Shown: positions 58,101-64,000 of the stretch, piece by piece
Layout: each line of letters opens with the position of its first letter
Position numbering within the stretch: position 1 is the stretch's first letter
Program-made: the position numbers and the translations under genes
Notes under the pieces: model-generated
Database searches by the model: none
What the model saw: only the letters and a program-made list of their open reading frames with translations
Told to the model about the DNA's origin: nothing
Assembly: GCA_964016885.1 (NCBI GenBank)
Contig: OZ024745.1
Location: forward strand, 64,480,001-64,544,000
Direction: 5' to 3'
DNA length: 64,000 nucleotides
Source: Eledone cirrhosa
Lineage: Eukaryota

Positions 58101-60390
58101 TTTTATTTGGGTGATCCATTTTTTATTTGGGGGAACCATTTTTTATTTGGGTGATCCATTTTTTATTTGGGTGATCCATTTTTTATTTGGGGGGTCCATT
58201 TATTATTTGGGGGATCCATTTTTTTATTTGGGTGATCCATTCTTTATTTGGGTGATCCATTTTTTATTTGGGGGATCCATTTTTTATTTTGGGTGATCCA
58301 TTTTTTATTAGGGGGATCCATTTTTTATTTGGGTGATCCATTTTTATTTGTAGATCCATTTTTTATTTGGGTGATCCATTTTTTATTTGGGGGATCCATT
58401 TTTTATTTGGGGGATCCAATTTTTATTTGGGTGATCCATTTTTTATTTGGGTGATACATTTTTTATTTGGGGGATCCATTTTTTATTTGGGTGATCCATT
58501 TTTTATTTGTGGAATCCATTTTTTATTTGGGGGATCCATTTTTTATTTGGGTGATCCATTTTTTATTTGGGTGATCCATTTTTTATTTGGGGGATCCATT
58601 TTTAATTTGGGTGATCCATTTTTTATTTGGGGGATCCATTTTTTATTTGGGTGATCCATTTTTTATTTGGGGGATCCATTTTTTAATTGGGTGATCCATT
58701 TTTTATTTGGGGGATCCATTTTTTATTTGGGTGATCCATTTTTTATTTGGGTGATCCATTTTTTATTTGGGGGATCCATTTTTTATTTGGGTGATCCATT
58801 TTTTATTTGGGGGATCCATTTTTTAATTGGGTGATCCATTTTTTATTTGGGGGATCCATTTTTTATTTGGGTGATCCATTTTTTATTTGGGGGATCCATT
58901 TTTTATTTGGGTGATCCATATTTTATTTGGGTGATCCATTTTTTATTTGGGGGATCCTTTTTTTATTTGGGTGATCCATTTTTTATTTGGGGGATTCATT
59001 TTTTATTTGGGTGATCCATTTTTTATTTGGGTGATCCATTTTTTATTTGGGGGATCCATTTTTTATTTGGGTGATCCATTATTTATTTGGGGGATCCATT
59101 TTTTATTTGGGGGATCCATTTTTTATTTGGGTGATCCATTTTTTATTTGGGGGATCCATTTTTTATTTGGGTGATCCATTTTTTATTTGTGGGATCCATT
59201 TTTTATTTGGGGGATCCATTTTTTATTTGGAGGATCCATTTTTTATTTGGGTGATCCATTTTTTATTTGGGTGATCCATTTATTATTTGGGGGATCCATT
59301 TTTTATTTGGGGGCAGAATTTTTATTTGGGTGATCCATTTTCTATTTGGGTGATCCATTTTTTATTTGGGTGATCCATTTTTTATTTGGGGGATCCATTT
59401 TTTATTTGGGGGCAGAATTTTTATTTGGGTGATCCACTTTCTATTTGGGTGATCCATTTTTTATTTGGGGGATCCATTTTTTATTTGGGGGATCCTTTTT
59501 TATTTGGGTGATCCATTTTTTATTTGGGGGATCCATTTTTTATTTGGGTGATCCATTTTTTATTTGTGGGATCCATTTTTTATTTGGGGGATCCATTTTT
59601 TATTTGGGGGATCCATTTTTTATTTGGGTGATCCATTTTTTATTTGGGGGATCCATTTTTTATTTGGGTGATCCATTTTTTATTTGGGTGATCCATTTTT
59701 TATTTGGGGGATCCATTTATTATTTGGGGGATCCATTTTTTTATTTGGGTGATCCATTCTTTATTTGGGTGATCCATTTTTTATTTGGGGGATCCATTTT
59801 TTATTTTGGGTGATCCATTTTTTATTAGGGGGATCCATTTTTTATTTGGGTGATCCATTTTTATTTGTAGATCCATTTTTTATTTGGGTGATCCATTTTT
59901 TATTTGGGGGATCCATTTTTTATTTGGGGGATCCAATTTTTATTTGGGTGATCCATTTTTTATTTGGGTGATACATTTTTTATTTGGGGGATCCATTTTT
60001 TATTTGGGTGATCCATTTTTTATTTGTGGAATCCATTTTTTATTTGGGGGATCCATTTTTTATTTGGGTGATCCATTTTTTATTTGGGTGATCCATTTTT
60101 TATTTGGGGGATCCATTTTTAATTTGGGTGATCCATTTTTTATTTGGGGGATCCATTTTTTATTTGGGTGATCCATTTTTTATTTGGGGGATCCATTTTT
60201 TAATTGGGTGATCCATTTTTTATTTGGGGGATCCATTTTTTATTTGGGTGATCCATTTTTTATTTGGGGGATCCATTTTTTATTTGGGTGATCCATATTT
60301 TATTTGGGTGATCCATTTTTTATTTGGGGGATCCTTTTTTTATTTGGGTGATCCATTTTTTATTTGGGGGATTCATTTTTTATTTGGGTG
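57240..60390 (+). repeat. Tandem duplication with ~1,517-bp period
   Basis: ORF pairs 57430/58947, 57928/59445, 58248/59765 and 58367/59884, all at offset 1517. Confidence 0.87.
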
Positions 60391-63190
60391 ATCCATTTTT
60401 TATTTGTGGGATCCATTTTTTATTTGGGGGATCCATTTTTTATTTGGAGGATCCATTTTTTATTTGGGTGATCCATTTTTTATTTGGGTGATCCATTTAT
60501 TATTTGGGGGATCCATTTTTTATTTGGGGGCAGAATTTTTATTTGGGTGATCCATTTTCTATTTGGGTGATCCATTTTTTATTTGGGTGATCCATTTTTT
60601 ATTTGGGGGATCCATTTTTTATTTGGGGGCAGAATTTTTATTTGGGTGATCCACTTTCTATTTGGGTGATCCATTTTTTATTTGGGTGATCCATTTTTTA
60701 TTTGGGTATTCCATTTTTTATTTGTGGGATCCATTTTTTATTTGGGTGATCCATTTTTTATTTGGGGGATCCAGTTTTTATTTGGGTCATCCATTTTTTA
60801 TTTGGGGTATCCATTTTTTATTTGGGGGATCCATTTTTTATTTTGGGTGATCCATTTTTTATTAGGGGGATCCATTTTTTATTTGGGTGATCCATTTTTA
60901 TTTGTAGATCCATTTTTTATTTGGGTGATCCATTTTTTAATTGGATGATCCATTTTTTATTTGGGGGATCCATTTTTTATTTGGGGGATCCATTATTTAT
61001 TTGGGGGATCCATTTTTTATTTGGGTGATCCATTTTTTATTTGGGTGATCCATTTTTTAATTGGGGGATCCATTTTTTATTTAGTTGATCCATTTTTTAA
61101 TTGGGTGATCCATTTTTTATTTGGGGGATCCATTTTTTATTTGGGGGATCCATTGTTTATTTGGGTGATTCATTGTTTATTTGGGTGATCCATTTTTTAT
61201 TTGGGTGATCCATTTTTTATTTGGGGGATCCATTTTTTATTTGGGGGATCCATTTTTTATTTGGGTGATCCATTTTTTATTTGGGTGATCCATTTTTTAT
61301 TTGTGGGATCCATTTTTTATTTGGGGGATCCATTTTTTATTTGGGGGATCCTTTTTTTATTTGGGTGATCCATTTTTTATTTGGGTGATCCATTTTTTTT
61401 GGGGGGGATCCATTTTTTATTTGGGTGATCCATTTTTTATTTGGGGGATCCATTTTTTATTTGGGGGATCCATTTTTTATTTGGGTGATACATTTTTTAT
61501 TTGGGTGATCCATTTTTTATTTGGGTGATCCATTTTTTATTTGGGTTGATCCCTTTTTTATTTGGGGGATCCATTTTTTATTTGGGTGATCCATTTTTTA
61601 TTTGGGGGATCCATTTTTTATTTGGGGGATCCATTTCTTATTTGGGTGATCCATTTTTTATTTGGGGGATCCATTTTTTATTTGGGGGATCCATTGTTTA
61701 TTTGGGTGATTCATTGTTTATTTGGGTGATCCATTTTTTATTTGGGTGATCCATTTTTTATTTGGGGGATCCATTTTTTATTTGGGGGATCCATTTTTTA
61801 TTTGGGTGATCCATTTTTTATTTGGGTGATCCATTTTTTATTTGTGGGATCCATTTTTTATTTGGGGGATCCATTTTTTATTTGGGGGATCCTTTTTTTA
61901 TTTGGGTGATCCATTTTTTATTTGGGTGATCCATTTTTTATTTGGGGGATCCATTTTTTATTTGGGTGATCCATTTTTTATTTGGGTGATCCATTTTTTA
62001 TTTGGGGGATCCATTTTTTATTTGGGTGATCCATTTTTTATTTGGGGGATCCATTTTTTATTTGGGGGATCCATTTTTTATTTGGGTGATACATTTTTTA
62101 TTTGGGTGATCCATTTTTTATTTGGGTGATACATTTTTAATTTGGGTGATCCATTTTTTATTTGGGGGATCCATTTTTTATTTGGGTGATCCATTTTTTA
62201 TTTGGGGGATCCATTTTTTATTTGGGTGATCCATTTTTTATTTGGGTGATCCATTTTTTAATTGGGTGATCCATTTTTTATTTGGGGGATCCATTTTTTA
62301 TTTGGGTGATCCATTTTTTATTTGGGTGGTCCATTTTTTATTTGGGTGATCCATTTTTTATTTGGGGGATCCATTATTTATTTGGGTGATCCATTTTTTA
62401 TTTGGGGATCCATTTTTTATTTGGGTGATCCATTTTTTATTTGGGTGATCCATTTTTTATTTGGGGGATCCATTTTTTATTTGGGTGATCCATTTTTTAT
62501 TTGGGGGGTCCATTTTTTATTTGGGGGATCCATTTTTATTTGGGTGATCCATTTTTTATTTAGGGGATCCATTTTTTATTTGTGTGATCCATTTTTTATT
62601 TGGGTTGATCCCTTTTTTATTTGGGGGATCCATTTTTTATTTGGGTGATCCATTTTTTATTTGGGGGATCCATTTTTTATTTGGGGGATCCATTTCTTAT
62701 TTGGGTGATCCATTTTTTATTAGGGGGATCCATTTTTTATTTGGGTGATCCATTTTTATTTGGAGATCCATTTTTTATTTAGGTGATCTATTTTATAATT
62801 GGGCGATCCATTTTTTATTTGGGGGATCCATTTTTTATTTGGGGGATCCATTATTTATTTGGGTGATCCATTTTTTATTTGGGTGATCCATTTTTTATTT
62901 GGGTGATCCATTTTTTATTTGGGTGATCCATTTTTTATTTGGGTGATCCATTTTTTATTTGGGGGATCCATTTTTTATTTGGGTGATCCATTTTTTATTT
63001 GGGTGATCCATTTTTTATTTGAGGGATCCATTTTATATTTGGGTGATCCATTTTTTATTTGGGTGATCCATTTTTTATTTGGGGGATCCATTTTTTATTT
63101 GGGGGATCCATTTTTTATTTGGGGGATCCATTTTTTATTTGGGTGATCCATTTTTTATTTGGGGGATCCATTTTTTATTTGGGTGATCCA
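59900..63190 (+). repeat. Recurrence of the window's first ~3.6 kb (offset ~59.6-59.9 kb)
   Basis: ORF pairs 959/60662 (59703), 1638/61301 (59663), and 1898/61501, 2239/61842, 2719/62322, 3316/62919 (all 59603). Both regions share the TTTAGGGGA..TGTGTGA variants and the A-less TnGm monomer. Confidence 0.82.
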
Positions 63191-64000
63191 TTTTATATTT
63201 GGGTGATCCATTTTTTATTTGGGTGATCCATTTTTTATTTGGGGAATTCATTTTTTATTTGGGTGATCCATTTTTTATTTGGGTGATCCATTTTTTATTT
63301 GGGGGATCCATTTTTTATTTGGGTGATCCATTATTTATTTGGGGGATCCATTTTTTATTTGGGGGATCCATTTTTTATTTGGGTGATCCATTTTTTATTT
63401 GGGGGATCCATTTTTTATTTGGGTGATCCATTTTTTATTTGTGGGATCCATTTTTTATTTGGGGGATCCATTTTTTATTTGGAGGATCCATTTTTTATTT
63501 GGGTGATCCATTTTTTATTTGGGTGATCCATTTATTATTTGGGGGATCCATTTTTTATTTGGGGGCAGAATTTTTATTTGGGTGATCCATTTTCTATTTG
63601 GGTGATCCATTTTTTATTTGGGTGATCCATTTTTTATTTGGGGGATCCATTTTTTATTTGGGGGCAGAATTTTTATTTGGGTGATCCACTTTCTATTTGG
63701 GTGATCCATTTTTTATTTGGGTGATCCATTTTTTATTTGGGTATTCCATTTTTTATTTGTGGGATCCATTTTTTATTTGGGTTATCCATTTTTTATTTGG
63801 GGGATCCAGTTTTTATTTGGGTCATCCATTTTTTATTTGGGGTATCCATTTTTTATTTGGGGGATCCATTTTTTATTTTGGGTGATCCATTTTTTATTAG
63901 GGGGATCCATTTTTTATTTGGGTGATCCATTTTTATTTGTAGATCCATTTTTTATTTGGGTGATCCATTTTTTAATTGGATGATCCATTTTTTATTTGGG

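Larger units (their letters stand above)
1..64000 (+). repeat. Satellite DNA array, 20-bp monomer TTGGGKGATCCATTTTTTAT, ~3,200 tandem copies, running off both window edges
   Basis: Directly visible on every line. There are two dominant monomers (GGGTGATCC and GGGGGATCC) plus rare substitutions and 1-3 bp indels, mostly in the T and G runs. No non-repeat sequence was seen. Confidence 0.99.

Noticed and set aside
5-63983. Numerous + strand ORFs encoding hydrophobic (GDPFFIWVIHFLFGGSIFYL)n peptides
   Set aside because: These are a translation artefact of a 20-bp repeat. They start at TTG/GTG codons within the monomer, overlap in all three frames with the same peptide, end at the next in-frame T-allele TGA, and are crossed freely by 1-bp indels.
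1-64000. Giant ORF under TGA-reassigned genetic codes (tables 4/25)
   Set aside because: Frequent frameshifting indels, TAA/TAG-creating variants (TTTAATT, TTAGG, GTAGA), a unit length not divisible by 3 and no unique N- or C-terminal domain.
1-64000. CRISPR array or other repeat-spacer array
   Set aside because: The repeats abut directly with no unique spacers, leader or cas genes.
1-64000. Canonical G-quadruplex array
   Set aside because: G3-G5 runs are separated by ~15-17 nt, well beyond typical 1-7 nt loops. Stable intramolecular G4 is not supported from sequence alone.
1-64000. Synthetic concatemer or amplification/sequencing artefact
   Set aside because: Rare variants recur in conserved order with nested, hierarchical divergence, which random error or simple rolling-circle copying would not produce. 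Local copy-number errors in the assembly remain possible.
1-64000. Transposon insertions, strand inversions, tRNA/rRNA genes
   Set aside because: No reverse-complement monomers and no non-satellite segment were seen anywhere in the window.
1-64000. Plasmid iterons or Dam/SeqA GATC cluster of a bacterial origin
   Set aside because: Iteron and oriC clusters span at most a few hundred bp next to rep or dnaA genes. A gene-free array of at least 64 kb does not fit.

Overview
The whole 64 kb window is one uninterrupted, head-to-tail satellite array. The monomer is 20 bp (consensus TTGGGKGATCCATTTTTTAT, K=T/G), giving roughly 3,200 copies, all in the same orientation. I see no unique sequence, credible gene, RNA gene, transposon or CRISPR spacer. 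The ORF track is an artefact of translating a 20-bp unit, which gives a 60-bp/20-aa period. The informative signal is the ordering of monomer variants: a frequent T/G dimorphism plus about two dozen rare diagnostic variants that recur in a fixed order. They define a higher-order repeat (HOR) of about 2.5-3.4 kb and nested duplications at offsets of about 0.1, 1.0, 1.5, 2.8, 3.0, 4.3, 6.1, 11, 12.4, 15.2 and 59.6 kb. This architecture is typical of eukaryotic centromeric, pericentromeric or subtelomeric satellite, but organism and function cannot be determined from this window. Offsets come from matching ORF starts and variants read by eye; block boundaries are approximate to a few monomers.
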